From an uncultured Acidobacteriota bacterium (GTDB lineage: Bacteria; Acidobacteriota; Terriglobia; UBA7540), in NCBI GenBank assembly GCA_963804995.1, contig CAWDSK010000006.1:1440001-1504000 (forward strand): a stretch of 64,000 nt of DNA. Direction: 5' to 3'. Positions 10,055 to 20,430 of this stretch are shown one piece after another (positions within the stretch are counted from its first letter, which is position 1; each line of letters begins with the position of its first letter). The notes under the pieces are model-generated. The model searched no databases and was not told the origin of the DNA. It was given only the letters and a program-made list of their open reading frames with translations. Made by a program: the position numbers and the translations under genes.

Positions 10055-10581
10055 GGTTACTCATAACATTCCATCGTGTGGTGCACAGAATGATCCCCCG
10101 CCGGGCATGTTGTAGGAGCGCTTCCCGATCAAATCGGGACAGGTCGCGAAGCGCCCTCGCGGAAATGCGGCTGGATCCTGACCCTGGTGTTGCGGAACCG
10201 GTCCTACTCTTCCCCTGGCGCTATGGGGAAAATGGTGACGCTCGCTGCACTGGCTTTCGGACACACCTGAAAATAACGCATCCAATCAATCATTCCAGCA
10301 GGTGCACCATCATGCATATGCACAACAAGTAAACAGCACACATTTTGACATACATCAAAGTCTCAAAAAATAGTTTTTCTAATAGCGCGCTGCGACAAAA
10401 AGTGGTAAGGTCTACCCGCAGTTTGTTGTTGTAATTCCCTCAAGTCTCGCAGAAGCGAATTACGTGCGTCGTGCGGCTCCACGATTTTGCGAAACCAGGT
10501 ATTACAGTGTGCCGTTGGAGGCATTCCCGCCGGTGGCATTGCTACAAATTGCCAAATCACACACACTAAGGTGCTAGCAAA

Positions 10582-10848
10582 ATGAAGGAACAAGGGACAG
10601 TCAAGTGGTTCAACGCGGCTAAAGGTTACGGGTTCATTCAACGCGAAAGCGGCGAAGATGTATTCGTACACTTCTCAGCCATCTCGGGCGATGGTTATCG
10701 CTCACTCGAAGAGGGCGCCCGGGTAAGTTTTGAAGTGAAGAACGGTCCAAAGGGATTGCAGGCGGCGAACGTTCGAGCGGATCTAATCTCCGCAAGAGTG
10801 GCTAGCTCAACTTCTGGTGGAACGGCAATAAACCTCCTCCGAGACTAA
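10582..10848 (+). CDS. cspA: Cold-shock protein (true stop probably 10786)
   Basis: [24 protein letters not shown]; removing one base at ~10772 gives the canonical end AANVERI*. Confidence 0.92.
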   Translation: MKEQGTVKWFNAAKGYGFIQRESGEDVFVHFSAISGDGYRSLEEGARVSFEVKNGPKGLQAANVRADLISARVASSTSGGTAINLLRD

Positions 10849-11040
10849 TCGAAGGCGGAGGGGGGACGCCTGTCGGTAAGTGAGTTATTTTCTGGGGCCA
10901 AGCGGATCCTATCGCGCCGGGCAGGTGGAGAAGTTTGCAGTCCGCGCCCTACCTGTCTCCGAATCATCAGGGCATTCAACCATCCATAGGGTATAATTGT
11001 CAGCCCGGGTCCCGCCCGAGCCGATATTTTTGGGAGTCAT

Positions 11041-11919
11041 ATGTCTAACCTGAGCGCTGTACTGCCCTCTACTGCACCGAACGTTCCCGTTCGCGATCAC
11101 TTCGTTCCTGTCAAGGCCGCTTTCATCATCGCCATGCACCTGGGCGTCATCGCGGTTTTCTGGCAAACCACGTGGGCAGCCGTTGGCCTCTGCATCCTCA
11201 TGCACGCCCTGTTCGGAGGACTGGGAATCTGCGTCGGCTATCATCGCCTGCTCACGCACCGCTCCTTCAAATGTCCAAAAGCCGTGGAATACACCCTGGC
11301 TCTGCTGGGCACGCTGACGCTCGAAGGCGGTCCTGTCGATTGGGTCGCGCACCATCGGCAACACCACCAATACTCCGATGCAGAGGGTGACCCGCATAGC
11401 GCGCGCGACGGCTTCTTCTGGAGTCATGTCCTGTGGATGATGTGGGTGCCCAATAAAAAAGACTGGCAGGACCTCACGGAGCGCTACACCCCGGACTTGC
11501 TCCGCCAGCCCTTTTACGGGTTCTTGGGGCGCTTCTACTTGGAGCTCTCCATCCTGCTGGCCATCGGGTTGTACCTCCTCGGCGGCTGGCCGTTTGTCGT
11601 CTGGGGAATGTGCGTGCGGCTCGTCGTCACCTATCACAGCACCTGGTTTGTGAATTCCGCCAGCCACACCTTCGGATACAGGAATTTTGAACTTTCAGAC
11701 CTCTCCACCAACTGCTGGTGGGTGGCCCTGATCACTTACGGCGAAGGCTGGCACAATAACCACCATGCATTTCCCACTTCCGCACGCCACGGGCTTCGAC
11801 CCTGGGAAATCGACCTTTCATACGCTTTTATCCGCATGCTTAAGACCGTGGGACTGGCTTGGGATGTGCGTACGCCGCCGGCGGAGAAACTCAAGTTTGA
11901 TACTCCCCGCGCGGCCTAG
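11041..11919 (+). CDS. Delta-9-type fatty acid desaturase
   Basis: His boxes HRLLTH, HRQHH, HNNHH. Confidence 0.95.
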   Translation: MSNLSAVLPSTAPNVPVRDHFVPVKAAFIIAMHLGVIAVFWQTTWAAVGLCILMHALFGGLGICVGYHRLLTHRSFKCPKAVEYTLALLGTLTLEGGPVDWVAHHRQHHQYSDAEGDPHSARDGFFWSHVLWMMWVPNKKDWQDLTERYTPDLLRQPFYGFLGRFYLELSILLAIGLYLLGGWPFVVWGMCVRLVVTYHSTWFVNSASHTFGYRNFELSDLSTNCWWVALITYGEGWHNNHHAFPTSARHGLRPWEIDLSYAFIRMLKTVGLAWDVRTPPAEKLKFDTPRAA

Positions 11920-12124
11920 TGTGGTGTCCCGTGCTAGAGTTGACAATGGGTAGAACCCCCTCACCCGTCTGGCCTCGGCTGATGAGAACGCCTCGGCCAG
12001 CCACCCTCTCCCCCAAAGGGGCGAGGGCAAGAGAATTAACTCTCCCCTCGCCCCTTTGGGGGAGAGGGGCTGGGGGGAGGGGGTCGGACAGTCTTGTCAA
12101 ATATTAACCGGGACACCACACTAG
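11916..12124. mobile_element. ~210-bp CTAG-bounded MITE (copy 1)
   Basis: Ends CTAGTGTGGTGTCCCG / CGGGACACCACACTAG; internal CCCTCTCCC palindromes. Confidence 0.88.
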
Positions 12125-12181
12125 ACTTGGCAGGCAGTCGTAAATTGCCTGCCCGGGACCAATCCTGCAAGGAGCCAATCC

Positions 12182-13762
12182 ATGATGCGAAAGTGTCTGC
12201 TGATGCTCGTGGTGCTTTCTGCTCTGACCACTTTTGCCGATGTAGGAGTGGGCAAGCGTTGGTGGTCCTACGTCGAGTACCTGGCAAGCGACAAGTTGGA
12301 GGGACGCCGTACAGGTAGCGAGGCACATCGTATCGCCGCGGAATACGTGGCTGCGCACTTCAAGCAGGAAGGCCTCACCCCGGCCGGGACACAGGGTTAC
12401 ATCCAGCCCGTGAAGTTTTACTCCCGCACCATCGAGGAGAAGGGGTCAAGCCTGGCTCTGATCAGAGGAGGCAAGCGTGAACCCCTCCGCCTCGGTGATG
12501 ACGCCATCATCCGCGCCTCCGTGGCTCCGGCGCCGTCGATCAACGCACCGTTGGCATTTGTCGGCTATGGCCTGAGTGTCCCGGAGCTGAAGTACGACGA
12601 TTTGGCCGGCCAGGATCTGCACGGCAAGGTCGCTGTGTACGTCACCGGTGGACCGACCTCGCTTCCCATTGTGTTGCGTGCCCATGCACAGTCCATCGAA
12701 GAACGCTGGCGTGCGCTGCACCGCGCGGGCGTCATCGGCATCATTTCAGTCTACAACCCACACCATATGGATATCCCCTGGTCGCGCGCCATGGTGCTGC
12801 GGTCTCAGCCTGCCATGCAGTTGGCCGATCGGGAGATGGACGAAACGCCGGGCGATCAACTGGGGATTGGCTTCAATCCCGCGGAGGCGGAGAAGCTGTT
12901 TGCGGGCTCCGGACACACCTTCGAGGAAATGGTGGAGATCGCGGACCGTGGCACCCAGTTGCCGCGCTTTCCCCTGGCGGTATCACTCGAAGCGCACGCG
13001 AAGTACGCCCAACAGGAAGTCACTTCACAGAATATTGTGGGGATTCTCCCAGGGTCCGACCCGGCGCTCAAAAATGAATACGTGGTCCTCTCCGCACACG
13101 TGGACCATCTGGGCGTTGGTGAGCCCATCAATGGCGACCGGATTTACAACGGGGCCATGGATAACGCGTCGGGCGTGGCGACACTTCTCGAAGTTGCCGA
13201 CGTACTGCATGAGTCCGGCGTCAAACCGCGCCGGTCGTTGCTCTTCCTGGTGCCGACGGGTGAAGAGGCGGGCCTTCTGGGCTCGCGATATTACGCCGCG
13301 CATCCCACCGTTCCCATCACGCAAATCATCGGAGACTTGAACATCGACATGTTCCTCCCGATCTTCCCCTTGAAACGACTGACCGTCTATGGCCTCGAGG
13401 AGTCTGACCTGGGGGCGCTTCTGAAGAACGTGGCGGCAGCGGAGGGAGTTGAGGTGCAGCCTGACCCCGCTCCGGAGCGCAATGTCTTGATCCGCAGCGA
13501 TCAGTACAGCTTCATCAAGAAGGGTATTCCTTCCATCTTCTTTTCGTTCGGGTACGTCAAGGGCTCACCGGAGGAGGCAACTGCCAAGCAGTGGCTTACG
13601 AATCGCTATCACGCGCCTTCGGATGACACCCATCAGCCCGTAGATCTGGCCGCAGCCGCCAAATACAATAAGATCGTGTTGCGGCTTGCCGAGGCAATGG
13701 CCGACGGCGCCAATCGCCCTCAGTGGAATCCCAATTCCTTCTTCCGGCGGTATGCGAAATAG
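12182..13762 (+). CDS. M28 family metallopeptidase with PA domain
   Basis: Signal peptide, SAHVDH, GAMDNASG, GEEAGLLGS, RSDQ, YHAPSDD. Confidence 0.95.
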   Translation: MMRKCLLMLVVLSALTTFADVGVGKRWWSYVEYLASDKLEGRRTGSEAHRIAAEYVAAHFKQEGLTPAGTQGYIQPVKFYSRTIEEKGSSLALIRGGKREPLRLGDDAIIRASVAPAPSINAPLAFVGYGLSVPELKYDDLAGQDLHGKVAVYVTGGPTSLPIVLRAHAQSIEERWRALHRAGVIGIISVYNPHHMDIPWSRAMVLRSQPAMQLADREMDETPGDQLGIGFNPAEAEKLFAGSGHTFEEMVEIADRGTQLPRFPLAVSLEAHAKYAQQEVTSQNIVGILPGSDPALKNEYVVLSAHVDHLGVGEPINGDRIYNGAMDNASGVATLLEVADVLHESGVKPRRSLLFLVPTGEEAGLLGSRYYAAHPTVPITQIIGDLNIDMFLPIFPLKRLTVYGLEESDLGALLKNVAAAEGVEVQPDPAPERNVLIRSDQYSFIKKGIPSIFFSFGYVKGSPEEATAKQWLTNRYHAPSDDTHQPVDLAAAAKYNKIVLRLAEAMADGANRPQWNPNSFFRRYAK

Positions 13763-13849
13763 CGGGCTGTCGACGAGAACGCGCTGCCGAAACCGGCCTC
13801 CACACGCCTCGCCCGGCGGGTGTTTGGAAAGAACGCGCTATCGGGGCAC

Positions 13850-14005
13850 GGCGCGCCACCCCTCATCATCTGAGGCGGGGAGTGTTTTTAAGAACTCCCC
13901 TCCTGATTTCCGTGGCGCGTCGAGCGACGGGGTGGTTATAAGTTTCAGCGCCGAGCGGTCGCCCTCCATTAGGATCGGCGGACTTTCAGCCGCGGCGACC
14001 CCTAC
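13850..14005. repeat. REP-like elements (empty-site CCACCCC doublet plus GTAGGGGTCGCCGCGG-type REP)
   Basis: Matches 4364-4575 without the MITE; second part matches ~46972-47028 and 55110-55157. Confidence 0.7.
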
Positions 14006-14303
14006 GGATTCCCCTCCGAAACACTAGGTCACTGTAAAAGCGGTTGTGCGGCTGGCACACGACATGCTATAGTAGGCATCGCGAAATATGTAACTCGTTC
14101 GACCCAGCACCAGTAGCCCCTGCGTTTTGGACAACCATCCCGGAGGTCACGCCACTACCCCCTGAATCGGCCTCCTGCGGGCCTAAACTATGCTCAACAG
14201 GAATTCACTCGCACTAAGTTGCTTTCAGCCTGGATTCCCGGGTGAGGGGTACCCCGGTCGATTCCAAATCAAATATTTGTCCCGAGAGTAGAGATTGCCG
14301 GTC

Positions 14304-16304
14304 ATGCCAAAATATGTTTCAAGGGTTGCAGCCAGGTGGGCTTTGGCGTCCATGTGTCTGGGCGCGGTGCTTGGCGCCTGTGAAGGGATTTTCCTTCTCC
14401 AGCAAGGCAACGCCAGCTTTCCTCACGCTGCGGCTGGACCCGCCATCTTGGTTCTTGCTCCTTTGGCCGATGCCTTGTTCTTTGGCTTCGTAGGCCTGAT
14501 TCTGGGTACGGTTCGGGGACTCTGTAACCGGAACAATTGCCGGATCACCGAGTATCTGGTGGCAATTTTGTGTTTCACCGTTGGCGCCTATATTTCGACG
14601 GTGGCAATCTACGTGTTGTCCCGGAAATCGCCCGAGCCTGCTACGATTTTGTCTGTCGTGAGTTTCTCACTGTCCGTGGGGTTCATAGTAGGCATCGCGT
14701 CAATGTGGGTCAGGCCGGTCCTCCAACAGTATTCGGGCGCCGTGCTGGCCTTCCCAACCCGCCGCCAACTGAAACTCTTCCTGGCAGGCGCGTTCCTTAT
14801 CGCGGTCGTTCTTTTAAATTCTGTGAGCTCCAAGATCGGCGCACCTGCTGCAATCCAGGACTCAAGCCCGGGTGCAGGACGGGCAACGGCCAATAAACCA
14901 AACATCATCATGATTGCGCTTGATACCGCAAGGGCGGACCACTTTTCCAGCTATGGTTACTCCCGCCCGACCACTGGCAATCTGGACAATCTGGCGAAAC
15001 AAGGAGTCCTGTTTGAGACGGCTGTGGCTCCCGCTCCCTGGACTTTGCCATCCTTCGCGTCGATATTTACAGGCCTCTTGCCCCATGAGCACGCCGCCAA
15101 TGCCACTTCACCCTTGCCCAATGGCTTGTTGACGCTTGCCTCCATCCTGAAACTCCGTGGATATACGACCGTGGGCTTCAACGCAAATTTCATAATGGGG
15201 AACAAACGAACCGGCCTCGCACAGGGATTTGATTTCTATGAAGATGGCGACGACTCGCTGCGCTCGGACCTGGACAGCATCGGCGCGGTAAAGCTGTTTT
15301 TGTATTTCTTCTACCATCCTTTCTTCCGTGTGGACCCCCTGCGGCGCCGCAATGCTCACCAGGTCAGCCAGTCCGTTACGCATTGGTTCAGGAATCGCTC
15401 CCCGCAGCCCTTCTTTCTCTTTATTAATTTCTATGATGCTCATGAACCTTATAGCCCTATCTCTGAAATAGGGGATGAGTTCGGGAACGCACACACCACC
15501 TTGGCCCACCGGGTCGATGGAGAGATTCACGGGTTCTCGCGCCTCGTCGCCGATCCGAAATCCGCGGCGGAGCTGGCAACGGTGGTTGCTGGGTATGACA
15601 GTGGGATTGCCTATGAAGACAGGCAGATTGGTAACCTTCTGCGGGTGTTGGGAGCATCTCCTGAGTGGTCGAATACTTACATTGTCGTTTTCGCCGACCA
15701 TGGCCAAAGCTTGGGCGACCATGGCCACTATGGTCACCTCTGGGGAAACGGTTGGGAGTTGCTGCATGTCCCCCTGATCATCGCCGGGCCTGGAATCCCT
15801 GCCGGACGACGGGTCACCAATCTGGTAAGTCTTCAACAACTGTTCGCTACGGTCCTGGATTTTTCCGCGGGCGCAAGTCCAGCGCCGGAACCGAAGAGTT
15901 TGCGCTGCTATTGGACTTTGCCTCCGGCCTCTTGCAATTCGCAGCCTCAGGTGATCTCCGAATTGGCCTTTGCTGAGTCCATCAGTTTGGTAACCCCCGA
16001 GTGGCATTTCATAAGGGATCATGACGGCAACAGAGAGCTTTACCACCGGCCCAGCGACCCCCTGGAAAATGCGAATATTGCCCTGTCTCCCGGTTACCAA
16101 AATGAAGTCGATGCCTTGCAAAACCGTCTGTTTGAACAGTTAGAGGCTACTTCTCGTCCGCGGGAGGGGGAGAATTACTTGCGAGGCGTGGGGGAACACG
16201 ACTTTTCCCTACTCACCAGGACGAACCTTCCCAGGCCCAGCTCTGGCAACGAGCAACCCTCTACACTATCCAAAGGGTTGCTGTACAGCCTTCCCTATCA
16301 ATAG
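14304..16304 (+). CDS. Sulfatase-like (alkaline phosphatase superfamily) protein with N-terminal TM segments
   Basis: PNIIMIALDTARADH, WTLPSFASIFTG, DAHEPY, ADHG, HVPLII. Confidence 0.88.
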   Translation: MPKYVSRVAARWALASMCLGAVLGACEGIFLLQQGNASFPHAAAGPAILVLAPLADALFFGFVGLILGTVRGLCNRNNCRITEYLVAILCFTVGAYISTVAIYVLSRKSPEPATILSVVSFSLSVGFIVGIASMWVRPVLQQYSGAVLAFPTRRQLKLFLAGAFLIAVVLLNSVSSKIGAPAAIQDSSPGAGRATANKPNIIMIALDTARADHFSSYGYSRPTTGNLDNLAKQGVLFETAVAPAPWTLPSFASIFTGLLPHEHAANATSPLPNGLLTLASILKLRGYTTVGFNANFIMGNKRTGLAQGFDFYEDGDDSLRSDLDSIGAVKLFLYFFYHPFFRVDPLRRRNAHQVSQSVTHWFRNRSPQPFFLFINFYDAHEPYSPISEIGDEFGNAHTTLAHRVDGEIHGFSRLVADPKSAAELATVVAGYDSGIAYEDRQIGNLLRVLGASPEWSNTYIVVFADHGQSLGDHGHYGHLWGNGWELLHVPLIIAGPGIPAGRRVTNLVSLQQLFATVLDFSAGASPAPEPKSLRCYWTLPPASCNSQPQVISELAFAESISLVTPEWHFIRDHDGNRELYHRPSDPLENANIALSPGYQNEVDALQNRLFEQLEATSRPREGENYLRGVGEHDFSLLTRTNLPRPSSGNEQPSTLSKGLLYSLPYQ

Positions 16305-16554
16305 CAGGTAGCCGGCAGCGCGCGGGTAGCCGCCGTTTGGCTTCCTCCGCGGCGCGGCCGAAAATAGGGACGCATTACGCTAGGATGAATGTCTTTCGGA
16401 TGCAACCCCCCGCCGGGAGGCAGGCATCCATTCATTGCAAAACGCACAGGGGCATTGAGAACTCCCCAAATTGAAAATTTCTTGGTATGATGTGGACAGG
16501 CTAGGGCTAAAGGGACCCCCCGGGTCCGGGTTGTAAAAGTGCGGAACGAATAAC

Positions 16555-16905
16555 TTGCGACGGTTAGGAAAATCTCGACACCGATACTGGGTGCATGCAC
16601 TCATTGCCTGCCTTGCCCTGGCCGGTGAATTTCAGCTTCTCTCGGTCGAAGTCTTCCATCACCACGAATCTTCTGCGAGTGTCTGCCGTGCTGGACACGG
16701 CACGACACACCTGCATGCGAGTCAGGAAGTCAGCCCGTTCTGCCCGCTTTGCCAAGTGGCTCGCAGCAGCTCGGTTCGGCCCGCGGCCCGGGCCCTCCTC
16801 TCGAAGCCGCATCTCGGAACACCCTACCACCTGACAGCTTGGGAACCGAGGTACTCTCTTAACCTCGCCCAAGCGTTAGGCGCCCGCTCCCCTCCCCTCT
16901 CCTGA
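16555..16905 (+). CDS. DUF2946/CruR-like upstream ORF
   Basis: Hydrophobic N-terminus, His cluster, CPLC, C-terminal ARSPP; directly upstream of a TonB receptor. Confidence 0.75.
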   Translation: MRRLGKSRHRYWVHALIACLALAGEFQLLSVEVFHHHESSASVCRAGHGTTHLHASQEVSPFCPLCQVARSSSVRPAARALLSKPHLGTPYHLTAWEPRYSLNLAQALGARSPPLS

Positions 16906-16960
16906 AAATTTTCCCATCTCGCTTCACCTCAAAATTCTCAGGAGCAAAAGGAGCAGGGCC

Positions 16961-19744
16961 ATGGTCGAAAGGCGACCCCTTTTATTTTTCTCTATTGTTT
17001 TCTTGTGGGCAGTGACCCTTCCCGCGGTGATACTCGGGCAGAACCTGGGGAGCGCCGGGACGGTCCACGGCACGGTGGCGGATCCCTCCGGCGCAGTGAT
17101 CCCCGGCGCCACAGCGACAATTCACAACCCCATCACCGGTTTTGAACGCACCGCCTCAACGGACAGCTCGGGCGGGTTCAGCTTCACCAACGTCCCCTTC
17201 AATCCGTATCACCTGAGCGTTACCGCCACGGGCTTCGCCCCCCAGGCGCAAGAGGTGGACCTTAACTCCATGGTTCCCGTCAGTCTAAAAATCACGCTGC
17301 AATTGGCCGGCGCGAAAACCACGGTAACGGTCACGGGCGAAGCGGCGGATATCATCGAGACGGATCCCACGACCCATACGGATGTGGACCGGGCACTCTT
17401 CGATAAGCTGCCGCTCGAAAGTCAATCCTCCTCCATCAGCTCATTGATCACCCTTTCCACACCGGGAGTCACCGCGGATTCCAACGGCCTCTTCCACGGA
17501 ATGGGCGATCACGCAGAAAATTCGTTCTCGGTGGACGGCCAGCCCATCACCGACCAGCAAAGCAAGATCTTCTCGAATCAGATTTCTCTCAACTCCATCC
17601 AGTCGTTGGAGGTGATACCGGGGGCGCCACCGGCGGAATTCGGAGACAAAACCAGTGTGGTCATCGTCGCCACCACACGGTCGGGGCTTGGGGTCAGCAA
17701 GCCGACCGGAAGCATCACCGCTTCCTATGGCACATTTGGTTCGGCAAATGGCGGCTTCAATCTCGCCTATGGCAAGGACAAGTGGGGCAACTTCATTTCT
17801 GCCAATGGTCTGAACACCAGCCGGTTTTTGGATCCACCGGAATTCAACGTGATGCACGCCCGGGGGAATCAGCAGAATCTGTTTGACCGGTTCGACTTCA
17901 AACCCTCGGACAGGGATACCTTCAATTTGAACTTCGGTTTCACGCGGTCCTGGTTCCAGACGCCCAATTCGTTCGACGCCCAAAACGCCACAGCATGGTC
18001 CGGACTCGTGGTCGACAATGGAGGATTCGGGCCCGACGGCCGTCTGGTGGGTTCCGAGGACCAGCGTTCCCAAATTAAGACAATCAACGTTGCCCCCAGT
18101 TGGTCGCGTCTGGTCAATGGCAACACTGTGGTCTCACTCGGTGGTTGGGTCCGGCACGATCAAGCGAACTACTACCCGAGCGCCAACCCCTTCGCCGACC
18201 TTACGCCAGGTCTTCAGACACAGACCCTCAGCCAAAATCGCACGCTTACCAACGCAGGCGCGAGGGCGAATATCTCTTACGCGAAAGGCATCCACAACCT
18301 GAAGGCGGGAGTCAACTTCCAGCACACCTTTCTGACAGAAAACGACTCCTTCGGGATCGTCGATCCCACCTTTAACCCAGTCTGTTTTAACCCTGACGGG
18401 AGTCCTGACACCAACCCGGCGCTGACGAATCCGGCGAATTGCAGCGGCCTGGTGCAGGCAAATCCCGGATTTGTACCGCTGCTGGGTTGCTACGATCTAA
18501 CCCGTACGGGGTCACTCCCAGCGTCCGACGGTTGCCCGAATCCGACCAGTGGGTTGTACGCTTTCCGCGGTCACTCGGATATTAAAGAGGTGGCCCTGTA
18601 CATTCAGGACACCATCAAAGCGAAGAATTGGATGTTTAACCTCGGGCTGCGCGGCGATTTCTACAATGGCATAACGATTGCCCGTCTGGTGGAACCTCGC
18701 GTCGGCGTTTCCTATAACATCAAGCATACGAACACCGTGCTGCGGGCGTCTTACGCTCGCGCCATGGAAACGCCGTTCAATGAGAACTTGGTCCTGGCCA
18801 GCAAGGGGTGCGACGACCCCGTGGTCAATGATCTCATGTCTATCAGCCAGGGCTATCCCTGCCTCACCGTTCCCCTGAGCCCCGGTACGCGTAATGAGTT
18901 TCATGCCGGCCTCGAGCAAGCCTTCGGAAAATACCTGGTTGTGGACGGCGAATACATTTGGAAGTATACGCATGGGGCTTACGACTTCAGTATCTTCGGC
19001 GCCACGCCGCTCACTTTTCCCATAGTGTGGGACCACTCGAAAATCCCCGGATATGCCGTCCGCCTAAGTGTCCCGAATACCCACGGATTTACCGCATTTG
19101 TGGTCTTCTCCAGTGTGGCGGCACGCTTCTTCACACCCCAGATCAGCGGAATTGGAACTACGCCGACGAGCGCGGGCGCGGGTGGAGTTTTTCGCATTGA
19201 CCACGACGAGGTGTTCAATTCAACCGCTCACCTGCAATACCAGCCGTTTAAACGCGGCCCCTGGGTTGGCTTCAACTGGCGCTACGATAGCGGCCTCGTG
19301 GCAGGTCCCACACCGTGCGCGGGCGGCAATTGCAATAACGGGCCGAACGGGACGGACACGGTCGTGGACTTTTCCGGGTTGACTCCCGACCAGCAATTCC
19401 AAGCAGGACTCTCCTGCGGGGGCGTTTTTGCGACCCCCACGACTCCGATCAATTCAAGTGGCCTGTGCCCGGCGAATGACTACTCTTCCAAATACATAAA
19501 GATTCCAGCGGCAGGCACCGAAAACGACGATCACAACCCACCCCGTATCGCCCCGCGCAACCTCTTCGATATATCGGTGGGCCACGACAATCTGTTTAAC
19601 GGTGACAAACACAAATGGAGCGTCCGCTTTACGGTCATCAACCTGACCAATAAAGAGGCGCTCTATAACTTCCTTTCGACCTTCAGTGGAACCCATTACG
19701 TTACGCCGCGAACCTTTACGGCGGAACTGGGCTTTCACTTCTAA
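16961..19744 (+). CDS. TonB-dependent receptor with carboxypeptidase-regulatory-like N-domain
   Basis: GTVADPSGAVIPGA, plug region, C-terminal PRTFTAELGFHF. Confidence 0.93.
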   Translation: MVERRPLLFFSIVFLWAVTLPAVILGQNLGSAGTVHGTVADPSGAVIPGATATIHNPITGFERTASTDSSGGFSFTNVPFNPYHLSVTATGFAPQAQEVDLNSMVPVSLKITLQLAGAKTTVTVTGEAADIIETDPTTHTDVDRALFDKLPLESQSSSISSLITLSTPGVTADSNGLFHGMGDHAENSFSVDGQPITDQQSKIFSNQISLNSIQSLEVIPGAPPAEFGDKTSVVIVATTRSGLGVSKPTGSITASYGTFGSANGGFNLAYGKDKWGNFISANGLNTSRFLDPPEFNVMHARGNQQNLFDRFDFKPSDRDTFNLNFGFTRSWFQTPNSFDAQNATAWSGLVVDNGGFGPDGRLVGSEDQRSQIKTINVAPSWSRLVNGNTVVSLGGWVRHDQANYYPSANPFADLTPGLQTQTLSQNRTLTNAGARANISYAKGIHNLKAGVNFQHTFLTENDSFGIVDPTFNPVCFNPDGSPDTNPALTNPANCSGLVQANPGFVPLLGCYDLTRTGSLPASDGCPNPTSGLYAFRGHSDIKEVALYIQDTIKAKNWMFNLGLRGDFYNGITIARLVEPRVGVSYNIKHTNTVLRASYARAMETPFNENLVLASKGCDDPVVNDLMSISQGYPCLTVPLSPGTRNEFHAGLEQAFGKYLVVDGEYIWKYTHGAYDFSIFGATPLTFPIVWDHSKIPGYAVRLSVPNTHGFTAFVVFSSVAARFFTPQISGIGTTPTSAGAGGVFRIDHDEVFNSTAHLQYQPFKRGPWVGFNWRYDSGLVAGPTPCAGGNCNNGPNGTDTVVDFSGLTPDQQFQAGLSCGGVFATPTTPINSSGLCPANDYSSKYIKIPAAGTENDDHNPPRIAPRNLFDISVGHDNLFNGDKHKWSVRFTVINLTNKEALYNFLSTFSGTHYVTPRTFTAELGFHF

Positions 19745-19886
19745 CCTCACTCCATCAGCAGGCAGGCCCCGGCGGACAGAATTCCTTTCCGCCAGGGCCG
19801 GCCTTGATCTTCACCGCATCTACCCGTGAAAGGGGGGGCGGCTCGTGAAGGCAAGTGGCTGAAGCGCCGTTTCTAAGGAGGACATC

Positions 19887-20312
19887 GTGAAATTCCGATC
19901 CCTAATTCTATGCTGCGCGTTCGTCGCCCTGTGCGGTTTGGGCCTGGCGCAGAAGACTAACGTCGTGACCGTTCCCGCCCCCCACACTGCGGCGACCTCG
20001 GGCAAGCAGATGTATCAGGCATACTGCGCTACCTGCCACGGGATCGGAGGGAAGGGGGACGGGCCTGTCGCCAGCGCGTTAAAAGTTCCCCCGGCGGACC
20101 TGACGGCACTTTCGAATAGGAATAATGGCAAATTCCCGTCGGTGCAGGTCGTCAATATCATCACCGGCCCCTCCGGCGCAGCAGCTCACGGCACTAAAGA
20201 AATGCCGGTCTGGGGTCCAATTTTCAGAACGATGGAACACCAACACGAGTCAGAGGTACGCCTGCGCGTGGCTAATCTCACGGATTATATTAAGTCGTTG
20301 CAGCAGAAGTGA
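19887..20312 (+). CDS. Monoheme c-type cytochrome
   Basis: Signal peptide, CATCH, HGTKEMPVWG. Confidence 0.92.
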   Translation: MKFRSLILCCAFVALCGLGLAQKTNVVTVPAPHTAATSGKQMYQAYCATCHGIGGKGDGPVASALKVPPADLTALSNRNNGKFPSVQVVNIITGPSGAAAHGTKEMPVWGPIFRTMEHQHESEVRLRVANLTDYIKSLQQK

Positions 20313-20326
20313 AAAGCCCTCGTGCC

Positions 20327-20430
20327 TTGGAGTGCGGTAGCAGCAGCTACCGCCTTCGGCCTTCGGTCCAGACGGCAAATAGGCGAGGGCCGGAGGAAGA
20401 AAGGCGGTAGCTGCTGCTACCGCACTCCAA
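20327..20430. repeat. Long inverted REP doublet
   Basis: TTGGAGTGCGGTAGCAGCAGCTACCGCCTT ... AAGGCGGTAGCTGCTGCTACCGCACTCCAA perfect arms. Confidence 0.88.

Noticed and set aside
11818..12107. Short ORFs such as MPSPLWGRG
   Set aside because: Translations of the MITE palindromes, recurring at each copy
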